NCBI GenBank assembly: GCA_965226375.1 | Contig: CBDDCX010000008.1 | Coordinates: 1,248,001 to 1,312,000 of the forward strand | Length of the DNA: 64,000 bases | Direction: 5' to 3' | DNA from: Longimicrobiales bacterium | GTDB taxonomy: Bacteria; Gemmatimonadota; Gemmatimonadetes; Longimicrobiales; Gaopeijiaceae | Shown: in pieces, positions 54,601 through 64,000 of the stretch | Layout: the number at the start of each line of letters is the position of its first letter | How positions within the stretch are numbered: position 1 is the stretch's first letter | The notes under the pieces: model-generated | What the model saw: the letters and a program-made list of their open reading frames with translations, nothing else | Database searches by the model: none | What the model was told of the DNA's origin: nothing | Translations under genes and position numbers: made by a program

Positions 54601-55608
54601 TTAGAGAGCAATGTCCTGTGTGGTGAGGGAAGGGATGGGAGGATTGATGAAGACGGCCTCCGGGAGCGGTTTGGGATTCGGCACACCTCTGACGAAGCGT
54701 TCGGGATGAGCGGCCCATGCTTCGCGGAGCACGGATTTCCTGCCGGCAATGACCTGATCGGCGTTCCCGAAGTGGACCTGCTCGGGGGTTAGCATCGAGA
54801 TGCCGCCATGGCGGTGCTCGGCATTGTACCAGCGGAAGAACGATCGACAGAACGTCTTGGCTTGGCCCTGATCCCCGAACCGTCCGGGAAACGAGGGATG
54901 GTACTTCAAGGTTTTGAACTGAGCCTCGGAAAACGGGTTGTCATCCGACACCTGAGGCCGGCTCAACGAGCGGGTCACGCCGAGGTCAGCGAGAAGTTGA
55001 GCGGTGCATTGGCTCGTCATTGGAGCTCCCCGATCCGAGTGCAGGGTCAGGACCCGGGGCTGGACGCCATGCTTCAGGCAGCTCTGCTGGATCAACCGGC
55101 CGGCCAGGGCCGAGTTCTCCCGGTCCGCCACCATCCAGCCCACGACGTAGCGGCTGTAGATGTCCATGATGACGTAGAGGTAGTAATAGCTCCACTTCTT
55201 CGGCCCGAGCAGCCGCGTGATATCCCAGGACCACACCTGGTTCGGCGCCGTGGCCATCAACTCGGGCTTCTTGTACTCGGGATGGGTGCGCTGCGCCCGG
55301 CGTTCCTGAACCGGCACCTCGGAGGCCAGAACACGATACATCGTGCGTTCGCTGCACAGGTAGACCTCTTCGTCGAGCAGCGTGGCCACCACCTCGGCGG
55401 GTGAGCGGTCCACGAACCGCTCCGAACACAGCGTGTCGAAGACCTCGCCTCGTTCCGTCTCGCTCAATGCCCGGGCGGGCGTCGGGCGGGGCTGCTGTTG
55501 CCCGGTTGATGGGCCTCGACGACGGTACAACGTCGATCGGGAGACCTCGAGGGCCGCGCACGCCGGTTTTACACCGACGTGCTTAGCCAGCTCATCGGCC
55601 GCCTTCAA
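54601..55608 (-). CDS. IS3-family OrfB (DDE integrase core)
   Basis: PNQVWSWDIT, HSDRG, DNPFSEAQFKTLK. Confidence 0.93.
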   Translation of the reverse strand: MKAADELAKHVGVKPACAALEVSRSTLYRRRGPSTGQQQPRPTPARALSETERGEVFDTLCSERFVDRSPAEVVATLLDEEVYLCSERTMYRVLASEVPVQERRAQRTHPEYKKPELMATAPNQVWSWDITRLLGPKKWSYYYLYVIMDIYSRYVVGWMVADRENSALAGRLIQQSCLKHGVQPRVLTLHSDRGAPMTSQCTAQLLADLGVTRSLSRPQVSDDNPFSEAQFKTLKYHPSFPGRFGDQGQAKTFCRSFFRWYNAEHRHGGISMLTPEQVHFGNADQVIAGRKSVLREAWAAHPERFVRGVPNPKPLPEAVFINPPIPSLTTQDIAL

Positions 55609-56054
55609 GAGTTTGTCCCGTCGTCGAGGCTTATCCCCAGCAGCCCCGCAACTTTTCCCTGCACGTCGATGATCAGGTGTGCCTTCCTGAGCTCATTCTC
55701 GAGCCGTGCGTTTCGCCGCTCCAGCTTGCGTACCTTCTCATCCAGCGGATTTCGCTCCGGCTTGCGGCCGCGTTTCTTCGACAGGGCCTTCAGCGACCCG
55801 CTATGCGCCGCCTTGCGCCACGTCGTCAGGTGCGACGAGTACAGGCCCTCTCGCCGCAGGACTTGACCCACCTCGCCGGGCTCGGTGCACCGGTCCGCTT
55901 CTTCGACGATCCGCAGCTTGTACGACGGACTGAACCGCCGCCGTAGCGGCCTATCTACTACCTCCGGGTCCGCAGGAGCTGCCGCGCTTCGCTTGGCCTC
56001 CCCGGTTCCAGGGGCACTACCATTCTCTGCCATTCTCTCTCGCAGTCCCAACAT
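55605..56054 (-). CDS. IS3-family OrfA
   Basis: RRRFSPSYKLRIV…LRREGLYSSHLTTWR plus coiled coil; TTGA overlap with orfB. Confidence 0.9.
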   Translation of the reverse strand: MLGLRERMAENGSAPGTGEAKRSAAAPADPEVVDRPLRRRFSPSYKLRIVEEADRCTEPGEVGQVLRREGLYSSHLTTWRKAAHSGSLKALSKKRGRKPERNPLDEKVRKLERRNARLENELRKAHLIIDVQGKVAGLLGISLDDGTNS

Positions 56055-56334
56055 GTTCGTTTTCTCTGCCTTCGCCCTACTCTAATTCTTTGCGTGCTCC
56101 GTGTCTCACGTACGTTGGCAGAGAGGGGACGGGGGTCGGCTCGTGATACCGGTCGGGCCGTGACACCAGCAGTCTTTGATCCGCTACACGCGAACGGGGA
56201 ACGAGTACGTCACGGAGCAGCTCTTGAACTGCGCATTCGTGCCCTTGCTGGGGTCCGAGGGCTGGCCGAGCGAATCGGAGGCCGACCTGTAACACCCCGG
56301 TTGTTCGACTGGCCGCCCTACTCCGGTAGGCACG

Positions 56335-57990
56335 CTACCGCTTGATCCGCTCGCCCTTGTCCTCGTAACGGAAAATCCACGCGGCCATACGTCCGGGACG
56401 GATCCGGCCTTCGGCGTCTCCGAACTCCTGATCTCCCTGAGACCCCTCCAGCACCCCCGGACGGTTCCGAATCTCCACGGCGACCCCGGTGATGCGGTCC
56501 TTCCACAGGCGCCAGTTGTTCGACCGAAGATCGACCCATCCGGCGTTGACGATCTTGTCGTCGGTGGGACTCAAGTGAGGCTCCGGCTGCACCTTGACGT
56601 CGGCTCCTCGCAGCACGGTCTCTCCATCGGGGAGCAGAAGTGGGAGGCCGATGGTAAGGATCCGTTGGCGCAGCTCGGCGTCTTCCTCGATGAGCTCGCG
56701 ACTCCGCCGAGCGGCGTCTTCAGGATCCAATCCGGCCGCCGTCTCCATGACGGCATAGAGCCTTTTGAGAATCGCCGCTTCGAACAGAAGCTTCGATAGC
56801 CGGGGCGGCCCCAACATCTCGTACGCCACCGACTCGATGCCGTGCTGGGCCTCGAGTCGCTCCATCGCTCCCAGGGCTTCGCTGCGCAGAACTCCGGCGC
56901 GATACGTCGGTCCCATGGTAGCCGCGTCCAGGGCGGATACCACATCGCGACCCGTGGGATGACCCTGAATCTCTCGGAGCACGTTCTCGGCGATTTCTTC
57001 GGGCGTCACGAATTCCATGAGGCCGAGGGACGTCAGAGCCTCGAACTCCGGGAGTGAAAAGAGCCCGTTCTCGCCGGCATCGAGGTAGACCCCCTCCAGG
57101 GGCTCATCCAACGTCTTGAATGCTCTCGCTCCATCAGCAAACGCCTCGGCCACCGGAACGGGTCCGGTCGAGTCCGAGAGCTGCAATGGAGCACCGCCCC
57201 TCATGATGGGCCCGAAGCCGATCGACCTCCAGGAAACGGCCGCCGTGGGCTTGACCTCTTTCACGGCGGGTGCACCGGGTGTGCGGGCCATGAGGTAGAG
57301 GAGGAGCGTGTGTGCACCCGCCAATCCGGACTTGGCCAGCAGTACCCGAGAGGGTCGTTCCTCGGAGTGGGTGAACGGGATGTTCAGGCCCATGCCCCCG
57401 GTGCCGACGGTCCCGATCTTGACGTAGATACCCGTCCCGGCCTGGCGCATACCCTCGAGCGCGATCTGCACGTGCCTGATGAGCTGCGGAAGATAGAGAG
57501 TCGAGAGGTGCCGCTCTACGGCCTCGCGGTCCAAAACACCGTCTTGCGCTTTGGCACGGAGTTCGGCGGCGGAGGCGAACGCATCTTGGTAGGCCAGCGC
57601 CCCGGCCGTGTTCACGCAGTCCACGATCACGTCGGGACGCACCCGGGCAAGCAGGCTGCCGAATGCCGAGCGCTCGAGCACCGCCTGAGTGAGAGGCCCG
57701 AACAGGTCGTCCACCATTCGACCGCGAGCTTCGGCATCCCCGAGAATGTCTTCTCGAGGTCGCTCACAGACGTCGTCCGGGACAAAGAGGTCGCCCCAGG
57801 CCGCCTCTATCGTGGTGTTGTCGGTTCCACCTTCATCTTCGAGCTCACGAACCGTCTCCTCGGCCTCCGCACGGTGAAGCGACGTGATGCCGAGCCGTTT
57901 CGGGGCGTGCTTGATCATTCGGCGGGCTACGGCGAACCCCACGAGGCCGGCCCCTCCCAAGACGAGCACCGTTCTATCTCTCAGTTCCAT
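56335..57990 (-). CDS. Long Rossmann-fold (SDR-like) protein of unknown function
   Basis: N-terminal VLGGAGLVG; 551 aa; no obvious YxxxK motif. Confidence 0.75.
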   Translation of the reverse strand: MELRDRTVLVLGGAGLVGFAVARRMIKHAPKRLGITSLHRAEAEETVRELEDEGGTDNTTIEAAWGDLFVPDDVCERPREDILGDAEARGRMVDDLFGPLTQAVLERSAFGSLLARVRPDVIVDCVNTAGALAYQDAFASAAELRAKAQDGVLDREAVERHLSTLYLPQLIRHVQIALEGMRQAGTGIYVKIGTVGTGGMGLNIPFTHSEERPSRVLLAKSGLAGAHTLLLYLMARTPGAPAVKEVKPTAAVSWRSIGFGPIMRGGAPLQLSDSTGPVPVAEAFADGARAFKTLDEPLEGVYLDAGENGLFSLPEFEALTSLGLMEFVTPEEIAENVLREIQGHPTGRDVVSALDAATMGPTYRAGVLRSEALGAMERLEAQHGIESVAYEMLGPPRLSKLLFEAAILKRLYAVMETAAGLDPEDAARRSRELIEEDAELRQRILTIGLPLLLPDGETVLRGADVKVQPEPHLSPTDDKIVNAGWVDLRSNNWRLWKDRITGVAVEIRNRPGVLEGSQGDQEFGDAEGRIRPGRMAAWIFRYEDKGERIKR

Positions 57991-58017
57991 CTATATCCCT
58001 CGTGTTCGGGATCCCTC

Positions 58018-58743
58018 TTACTTCTGGCCAACGCCTTCGACGAATCGTTCGAGGACCTGGATGTCTTCGTCGCTCAATGCCTCCCACTCGCCCAGCGGTA
58101 GGTATCCAAGTCGAATGGGTCCGAACCGGATCCGCCTCAAAGCAACAACCGGATGACCGACAGCCTCGAGAAGCCTCCTCACTTCACGCTTGCGGCCCTC
58201 GGTCAGGACCAACTTGAGAGTGCCATAAATGCCGTCGGGTTGGCCCGGATCCACGCGGGTCGGACGGGCGAACCCGTCCTCCAGCTCTACACCTCTTCGG
58301 AGGCGTTCGATGGTCTTCGCGCTCGGAATGCGTTGTACCCGCGCTTCGTACTCTCGCTCCACCTGCGAGCTGGGATGCTGCAGCCGGTTGGCCAAATCGC
58401 CGTCATTGGTGAGTAGCAGCAATCCCTCCGTGGCCATATCGAGGCGACCCACATATCGCAGAGCCCCACATTCGGCGGGCAACCGGTCGTAGATCGTAGG
58501 CCTACCGTGCGTGTCCTTTACGGTGGTCACCACTCCGGGAGGTTTGTGGAAGCGGATCCAACGACGCGGCGGTAGACCAACCGACTTGCCGTCTACCTCC
58601 ACTCGGTCGTGGTCCGGGTCGATCCGAGTTCCGAGTTCCGTGATGACGACGCCGTTAATGCTGACGCGGCCGGTCTCTACGAGGCGCTCGGCTTTTCGTC
58701 GGGACGCTACACCAGCCCTCGAGAGGAACTTCTGGATCCGCAT
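58018..58743 (-). CDS. rluB: Pseudouridine synthase, RluB/RsuA family
   Basis: S4 domain, VGRLD…GLLLLTNDG, EGRKREVRR; follows scpB. Confidence 0.88.
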   Translation of the reverse strand: MRIQKFLSRAGVASRRKAERLVETGRVSINGVVITELGTRIDPDHDRVEVDGKSVGLPPRRWIRFHKPPGVVTTVKDTHGRPTIYDRLPAECGALRYVGRLDMATEGLLLLTNDGDLANRLQHPSSQVEREYEARVQRIPSAKTIERLRRGVELEDGFARPTRVDPGQPDGIYGTLKLVLTEGRKREVRRLLEAVGHPVVALRRIRFGPIRLGYLPLGEWEALSDEDIQVLERFVEGVGQK

Positions 58744-58755
58744 AGGACGCGGCGC

Positions 58756-59559
58756 TCAGTCGGAGTCGGTATCCTCGGCGTCCGCGATCGCGATCGGGTC
58801 CTCAGCGGCCCCGTTCCCGCGCACCCGAGATTCCTCGGCGCCCGCCAGGTCGGCGACATCGTCCTGCTCAGGCAGGGCCTCCACTTCGATATCCCCGATC
58901 GCCTCTACGTCCTCACCTGCTTCAGCCCCCGACGCCTCGCCCGCGAGAACGTCCTCGACGCCCCATTCAGGCATCTCGGCTACGGTTTCATCCACATCGT
59001 CCATGTCGTCAGCGGGCGCCTCTTCCAGCGGGACGCGGTCCCGAAGGATGATCGGCAACTCCTCGGGACGCGGAAGATCATCGAGTGAGCGAAAGTCGAA
59101 ATGTTCGAGAAAGCGTTGGGTCGTACCGTACAGGAGCGGACGGCCGAGGCCCTCGCCGCGGGCCACGACATCGACCAACCTCCGGTCTGTGAGCGTGCGG
59201 ATGACACCCGCCGAGCTGACTCCGCGAATGTACTCTACCTCGATGCGCCCGATGGGCTGGCGATACGCGATGATGGCCAGGGTTTCGAGTGCCGGTCCAG
59301 ACACCCGCGAGGGGCGAGGGACGGTGTCGAAGCGTTCCAAATAGGGAGCGAACTCGGGCCGAGTCAGCAACTGGAACCCTCCGCCTAGTTCTCGGATCTC
59401 GAACGCCCGCTCCGACTCGGAGTACGCAGCATTCAGCTCCCCGATGGCATCCTCGATGAGATCTTCGTCCAGGGACTCGTCGGCACGCGCTATTTCCTCC
59501 GCCTTCAGCGGAGCATCGGAGGCGAAAAGTACGGCCTCTACCACCTGGGCGGGATTCAC
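58756..59559 (-). CDS. scpB: SMC-ScpAB subunit ScpB
   Basis: ALETLAIIAYRQP…IRGV…GRPLLYGTT; acidic tail. Confidence 0.95.
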   Translation of the reverse strand: MNPAQVVEAVLFASDAPLKAEEIARADESLDEDLIEDAIGELNAAYSESERAFEIRELGGGFQLLTRPEFAPYLERFDTVPRPSRVSGPALETLAIIAYRQPIGRIEVEYIRGVSSAGVIRTLTDRRLVDVVARGEGLGRPLLYGTTQRFLEHFDFRSLDDLPRPEELPIILRDRVPLEEAPADDMDDVDETVAEMPEWGVEDVLAGEASGAEAGEDVEAIGDIEVEALPEQDDVADLAGAEESRVRGNGAAEDPIAIADAEDTDSD

Positions 59560-60395
59560 AATGCTTCTCCTGGGCCCCCTGGGCCTTCAATAGAACCGGC
59601 CTCGGAGTCTTCGTCTCCCCAAGCCTCGATGCCGTCATCAGATTCTTCCACAGGACCCAGACCGCGGTAGACCCACAACTCCGCGAACGGCTTCACCTGC
59701 CGAAGCTGCACACGCCGACGCCGGGTGAGCTCGAGCCCAGCGAGGAAGGTCATCACGCCGTGCATGCGATTCTTGAACGGTCGTACGAGCCTGCTGAATT
59801 CGATGCGCCGCACACGGTCGAGCGTGCCGAGAATCAAGTTCATCTTGTCGTCCATCGCAACGGGACGGGTGGCAACCAGACGTGCCCGAACACCGGGATC
59901 GGGAGGCGTCACCTCGAGAGCGGCCGCGAACACCTCTTCCCACGTGGTTTCCAACTCTGTCTCCTCCATCGGTGGGCGGATGCGAGGCTCCAGGAAGCCT
60001 TTTCCGAACCGCCGAGCGCGCTCGGCCTCCGACGTGGCCAGGCGTTCGCTGATCTCCCGAATCTGCTCGTACTCCAGGAGCCGGCGTACGAGCTCTGCCC
60101 TGGGATCCTCATCCTCCGAGTCGCCGTGCCGCGGCAAGAGCAGTTGCGCCTTGATTCGGATAAGGCTGGCCGCCATCTCCAGGAATTCTCCGGCATTGTC
60201 GAGATCCGTGGCCTTAATGTCCACGACGGCGCCGAGGAACTGATGCGTGATCAGCGCGATGGGGATCTCGAAAATGTCGATGTCCTGCTGCCGGATCAGA
60301 TGAAGCAAGAGATCCAGCGGTCCCTGGAATCGCTCGATGTCGATGACAAGGAAGTCCTCTTGAGCGAGAGGACTCGCAGTGGGCGTCAGATCCAC
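59556..60395 (-). CDS. scpA: Kleisin ScpA (start approximate)
   Basis: FQGPLDLLLHLI, EFLEMAASLIRIK, DPRAELVRRLLEY. Confidence 0.93.
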   Translation of the reverse strand: MDLTPTASPLAQEDFLVIDIERFQGPLDLLLHLIRQQDIDIFEIPIALITHQFLGAVVDIKATDLDNAGEFLEMAASLIRIKAQLLLPRHGDSEDEDPRAELVRRLLEYEQIREISERLATSEAERARRFGKGFLEPRIRPPMEETELETTWEEVFAAALEVTPPDPGVRARLVATRPVAMDDKMNLILGTLDRVRRIEFSRLVRPFKNRMHGVMTFLAGLELTRRRRVQLRQVKPFAELWVYRGLGPVEESDDGIEAWGDEDSEAGSIEGPGGPGEAL

Positions 60396-61039
60396 AGGTC
60401 GATCAGGGCGTCGGCCAGGCCCATCAGGGCCAAGACGGGCCAGAGTACGAAACTGAAGAACGGCGGATAGAAGAAGATGAGGCCCATGAGCACGAGCATG
60501 CCGTACCGGCCGGCCTGACGATACTTCAGCCCCCACTGAGGAGGCAGCAGGTGGTACATCACGTGCGACCCGTCGAGCGGCGGAATCGGAATCAGGTTGA
60601 AAACGGCCAGGATGAGGTTAATGAAGATCCCGAAGCGAGCCGTCCGGATCAGAAAGCCCAGCACGGCTCCTCCCCCGCCCGACACGACCTGGATCTTCAC
60701 CAAGATCATCGCCAACCCGGTGAACCCCACAGCCAGAATCAGATTCGAGGCGATGCCGGCAAGCGACACCTTGATGTCCCCGCTCTTGTAGTTCCTGAAC
60801 TTGCGCGGATCGATGGGCACGGGCTTCGCCCACCCGAAAATCAGCCCATTCGCCATGAAGAACAGCCCAACCGGAACCAGGAAGGACCCCATCAGGTCCA
60901 TATGGGACAGGGGATTGAGGGTGATTCGCCCAAGCTTTTGAGCGGTGTCATCGCCTTCTCGAAGGGCCACCCAGGCGTGCGCCACTTCGTGCACCACGAT
61001 CGAGAGAATGAGGACGGGAAGAAGGGACAGAAAATCCAT
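60386..61039 (-). CDS. Site-2 protease (M50)
   Basis: HEVAH, FGWAKPVP, FNLIPIPPLDG. Confidence 0.93.
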   Translation of the reverse strand: MDFLSLLPVLILSIVVHEVAHAWVALREGDDTAQKLGRITLNPLSHMDLMGSFLVPVGLFFMANGLIFGWAKPVPIDPRKFRNYKSGDIKVSLAGIASNLILAVGFTGLAMILVKIQVVSGGGGAVLGFLIRTARFGIFINLILAVFNLIPIPPLDGSHVMYHLLPPQWGLKYRQAGRYGMLVLMGLIFFYPPFFSFVLWPVLALMGLADALIDLWI

Positions 61040-61203
61040 CGCCGGAAGGTACCCGGGATGCCTGGCGGCGGCTACCCCTTCGGACACCCCTCCAGGCGAT
61101 TTTCGGCTCTTCGTAGATCCACAGGCGGTTCTTGATCAGTTCCGCCTTTTCGGATATACTCTCACGCTGATTTGGAAGGTAGAATAAAGGTTTAGGGATC
61201 CGC

Positions 61204-61458
61204 ATGCCGAACATCAAAAGTGCCAAGAAACGGATGCACCTGAGTCGCTCCGCCAACGAGCGTAATCGGGCCGAGCGGTCACAGTTGCGGACAGCGATCA
61301 AGGCTGTCCAGCAGGCTAGCGACGCCACCGACGGCCAGGCCGCATACAAGCGCGTCCAGGTGCTTCTCGACCGCGCCGCCACTAGTCGTTTGATCCATCC
61401 GAACGCGGTGGCCCGCATGAAGAGCAACCTGGCACGCAAAGTAAACGGAATGGCCTAG
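61204..61458 (+). CDS. rpsT: 30S ribosomal protein S20
   Basis: MPNIKSAKKR…IHPNAVARMKS. Confidence 0.97.
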   Translation: MPNIKSAKKRMHLSRSANERNRAERSQLRTAIKAVQQASDATDGQAAYKRVQVLLDRAATSRLIHPNAVARMKSNLARKVNGMA

Positions 61459-61492
61459 GTCGTTCCGCCTACCGGTCCGCACCGCACCGGGG

Positions 61493-61523
61493 CTCGGTCG
61501 GCTCACGCCGACCGAGTTTTTTT
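61493..61523 (+). terminator. Intrinsic terminator after rpsT
   Basis: CTCGGTCGGC-TCAC-GCCGACCGAG followed by T7. Confidence 0.9.
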
Positions 61524-61573
61524 GTGGCCGAAACCCAATCCAACCACTTGCGACCTGCGGATCATCCACTAGT

Positions 61574-62446
61574 GTGCAGGAAGACCGATCCGCGCCGAGA
61601 GGCCAGCAACGCGGTACCCGAGGAGGAGGAGGAGACGGCCGCGGCGGGGCTGCGCAGCTGTCGGATGAGCAGATACAAGTTGGCCAGGCGATGATGCGGC
61701 TTTGCCGAGAGGGTGGACAGCGTCTGGCCATCGCCGAGACGGACTCCACGGTCATCGTGATCACCGGCGGGCGGAACCTGACTTACTATGTCGACGAACG
61801 TAAAGTTGAAGGGACCATCAGCGGCGGTGTCGAAGTGGAGGTCAAAGCCAAGTGGGACAAGGACAAATTCAAGGTAGAGACCAAGGCTTCGGGCAACGTA
61901 AGAATCACCCAGGAGTTACTGCTCGCCGGCCATGGAACGGATGCTCACCGACAACGCACCATGGAGCCTTCTGGTCGACGAGGGACGACTGAAGTTCCCC
62001 CGAATTCCGATGGACCGCTGGACCAACGTGGACGGGGTCTTCGACGTACGTATGGTGCCGGTCCCGCATCGCCCCGAATTCTCGGACACCGTGGGATACA
62101 TGTTCCGAGGCCCCCGACAGACCGTCCTCTATGTGCCGGACATCGATTCGTGGGAAGAGTGGGACGGCCGGTGGCGGAGGTGGTGGCCGGTGTGGACGTC
62201 GCGCTCATCGACGGGAGTTTCTATTCCGGAGATGAAGTGCCGGGCCGCAACATCGAGGACATTCCCCATCCGCTCGTGCCCCACAGCATGGATCTCCTCG
62301 AAGACGTGGCACGAAGCGAGAGTCGCGTGATCTTCATCCACCTGAACAACACGAATCCTGCACTGGAACGTGGGGGTGCCGCCGAGCGCGAGATCCAACG
62401 CAGGGGGTTCGAGGTTGCTACAGAGGGGCTGCGGATTCCGCTCTAG
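61574..62446 (+). pseudogene. Chimeric remnant: fragment of an unknown gene joined to the 3' half of a PqqB-like metallo-beta-lactamase-fold gene, which is itself frameshifted
   Basis: From about 61932, NAPWSLLV…VPHRPEFSDTVGY…PDIDSW shifts near 62165 into ALIDGSFY…IPHP…FIHLNNTNP. The N-terminal MBL motif is missing. Confidence 0.7.
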
Positions 62447-62447
62447 G

Positions 62448-63731
62448 TCACGCCTGCCAGACGACCTCTCCACCTACGATCGTGTATCGGGCTCGCCCAG
62501 TGAGATTCCATCCATGGAAGGGCGTGTTCCCGCTCTTCGACAAGAACGCCGCACGATCCACCGTCCAAGCTTCGTCCAGATCGATGATCGTGACGTCACC
62601 GATCGAACCGTTCGACAGGGTACCTCCCTCTAGGCTGAAGGCCCGTGCCGGGCTACAACTCATTCGGTCCACCAAGGTCGTCAGATCGATAACGCCTTCC
62701 CCCACGACCTGTGTCAGGGCCAGCCCTAGAGAGGTTTCCAGACCCACAATGCCGTTCGGCGCATCGTCGAAGGCCTGCTCCTTCTCGTCGTAGTGGTGAG
62801 GCGCATGGTCAGTCGCCAGCACACAGAGGGTCCCGTCTGCCAGGCCCTGGCGGACCGCTTCGCGATCGACGGCCGAACGGAGGGGCGGGTTCATCTTTGC
62901 ATCGGTGCTGTACCCTTCAACGGCGTCGTCGGTAAGGATCAGGTGATGCGGCGATGCCTCCGCCGTCACCCTGATACCTCGCGCCTTCGCCTGCCGGATC
63001 GCGTCCACTCCGTACGCCGTGGACACGTGCTGCAAGTGGATACGCCCTCCGGTGAGCTCAGCCAGCAACAGGTCACGGACGATGTGCACGTCTTCAGAGG
63101 CGTTGGGCTTGCCCCTCAAGCCGAGTCGCGTGGACACCAGCCCTTCGTTCATGACCCCCTGCCCCGAGAGTCCCAGGTCTTCGGGATGGTCCGCGACCGG
63201 CACTTCGAACGCCTGCGCGTATTCCATCGCCCGCCGCATGAGACCGGAATCCATGACCGGGTTACCGTCGTCGGTAATTCCCACCGCACCGGCAGCCACC
63301 ATCTCGCCGATGGCGGCCAGTTGGCGACCCTCCTGTCCGTGTGAAATGGCACCGACCGGATAGACCCGGGCGGCCTTCGCGGCGGCTCCCTGCGCCAGAA
63401 CAAAGCCGACCCCTGCGGGGTCGTCGATCACCGGGTTAGTGTTGGGCATGGCACAGATGGCGGTGAACCCTCCTGCCGCCGCAGCCCGCGCACCGGTTGC
63501 GATCGTTTCCTTATGCTCGCCGCCGGGCTCTCGAAGATGGACGTGGACGTCGATAAGACCGGGCGTAACCATCAATCCCGACGCGTCGATCTCCTGCGCG
63601 CCGTCCGGAGCGTCGATTCCTTCGCCAACTCCCGCAACCAGTCCTTCGACAATCAGAACGTCTCTGGTGCCGTCCAGATCCTGGCTCGGGTCGACGACCC
63701 GCCCACCTCGGATCAGAAGCGCGTCGCTCAT
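62448..63731 (-). CDS. pyrC: Dihydroorotase (type I)
   Basis: [30 protein letters not shown]. Confidence 0.96.
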   Translation of the reverse strand: MSDALLIRGGRVVDPSQDLDGTRDVLIVEGLVAGVGEGIDAPDGAQEIDASGLMVTPGLIDVHVHLREPGGEHKETIATGARAAAAGGFTAICAMPNTNPVIDDPAGVGFVLAQGAAAKAARVYPVGAISHGQEGRQLAAIGEMVAAGAVGITDDGNPVMDSGLMRRAMEYAQAFEVPVADHPEDLGLSGQGVMNEGLVSTRLGLRGKPNASEDVHIVRDLLLAELTGGRIHLQHVSTAYGVDAIRQAKARGIRVTAEASPHHLILTDDAVEGYSTDAKMNPPLRSAVDREAVRQGLADGTLCVLATDHAPHHYDEKEQAFDDAPNGIVGLETSLGLALTQVVGEGVIDLTTLVDRMSCSPARAFSLEGGTLSNGSIGDVTIIDLDEAWTVDRAAFLSKSGNTPFHGWNLTGRARYTIVGGEVVWQA

Positions 63732-64000
63732 TCCTCGCCCCCCTGCTTGGCGGCCGCGGCCGTATCCGGCTCGCCGCCTGCCAGCAGATAGAGGACCGCC
63801 ATCCGAACCGCGACCCCGTTCGTGACCTGTTCGAGAATCACGGAGTGTGGGCCATCGGCAACGTCACTGTCGATCTCCACGCCGCGGTTCATCGGGCCAG
63901 GGTGCATGATCAGTACATCCTTGGGAGCACTCTCGAGGCGGGCACTCGTAACCCCCCACACCTGGTTGTATTCACGCAGGCTCGGCAGGAAGCCACCTTC
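63728..64000 (-). CDS. pyrB: Aspartate carbamoyltransferase, C-terminal part
   Basis: [12 protein letters not shown]…[11 protein letters not shown]; runs off the window. Confidence 0.95.
   Translation of the reverse strand, partial: EGGFLPSLREYNQVWGVTSARLESAPKDVLIMHPGPMNRGVEIDSDVADGPHSVILEQVTNGVAVRMAVLYLLAGGEPDTAAAAKQGGEE

Larger units (their letters stand above)
54561..56127 (-). mobile_element. IS3-family insertion sequence in pcm
   Basis: Inverted cores TGTCAACGACAATGGGACAC (from 54568) and TGCCAACGTACGTGAGACAC (from 56120), each 7 bp inside a GAC direct repeat (54558-54560, 56128-56130). Confidence 0.9.
54057..56292 (+). pseudogene. pcm: Protein-L-isoaspartate O-methyltransferase disrupted by an IS and a nonsense codon
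   Basis: QTVSQPY, VLEVGTGSGYQ, APFDAVIVTAG up to QLSED (54560). Resumes at 56128 as DGGRLVIPVGP*HQQ…AFVPLLG, with TGA at 56161. Confidence 0.92.

Overview
GC-rich bacterial chromosome segment. Gene content and order suggest Gemmatimonadota (Longimicrobiales-like); this is an inference and was not checked against a database. From left to right it contains: (1) a minus-strand core block, in transcription order era, PorV-like, hypothetical, rnr, GGDEF, Zn-ribbon, prfB (+1 frameshift), lysS, lolC/E, lolD, mcsA, mcsB, clpC, bamA (partial); (2) three exported proteins with barrel-less plug-like C-termini; (3) a nested IS cluster at 20.4-23.8 kb, where an IS1595 sits inside the left terminal repeat of an IS256, followed by IS256 and IS3 remnants; (4) a complete minus-strand 16S-23S-5S operon with a tRNA-free ITS, plus tRNA-His; (5) an accessory region with hydrolase-OsmC, fused folK-folP, a MoxR/DUF58/vWA operon, exported peptidases and hydrolases, and a class III cyclase; (6) a CAT-anticodon tRNA, an IS3-disrupted pcm, the scpA/scpB/rluB block, rpsT, a chimeric remnant, pyrC and partial pyrB. 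The oddest signals are in the IS cluster: the IS1595 transposase is broken by a 31-bp piece of IS256-type transposase coding sequence, and both IS1595 ends carry NrdR-box-like palindromes. Inactivating lesions are confined to accessory and IS genes. No CRISPR array, integrase or prophage was seen.
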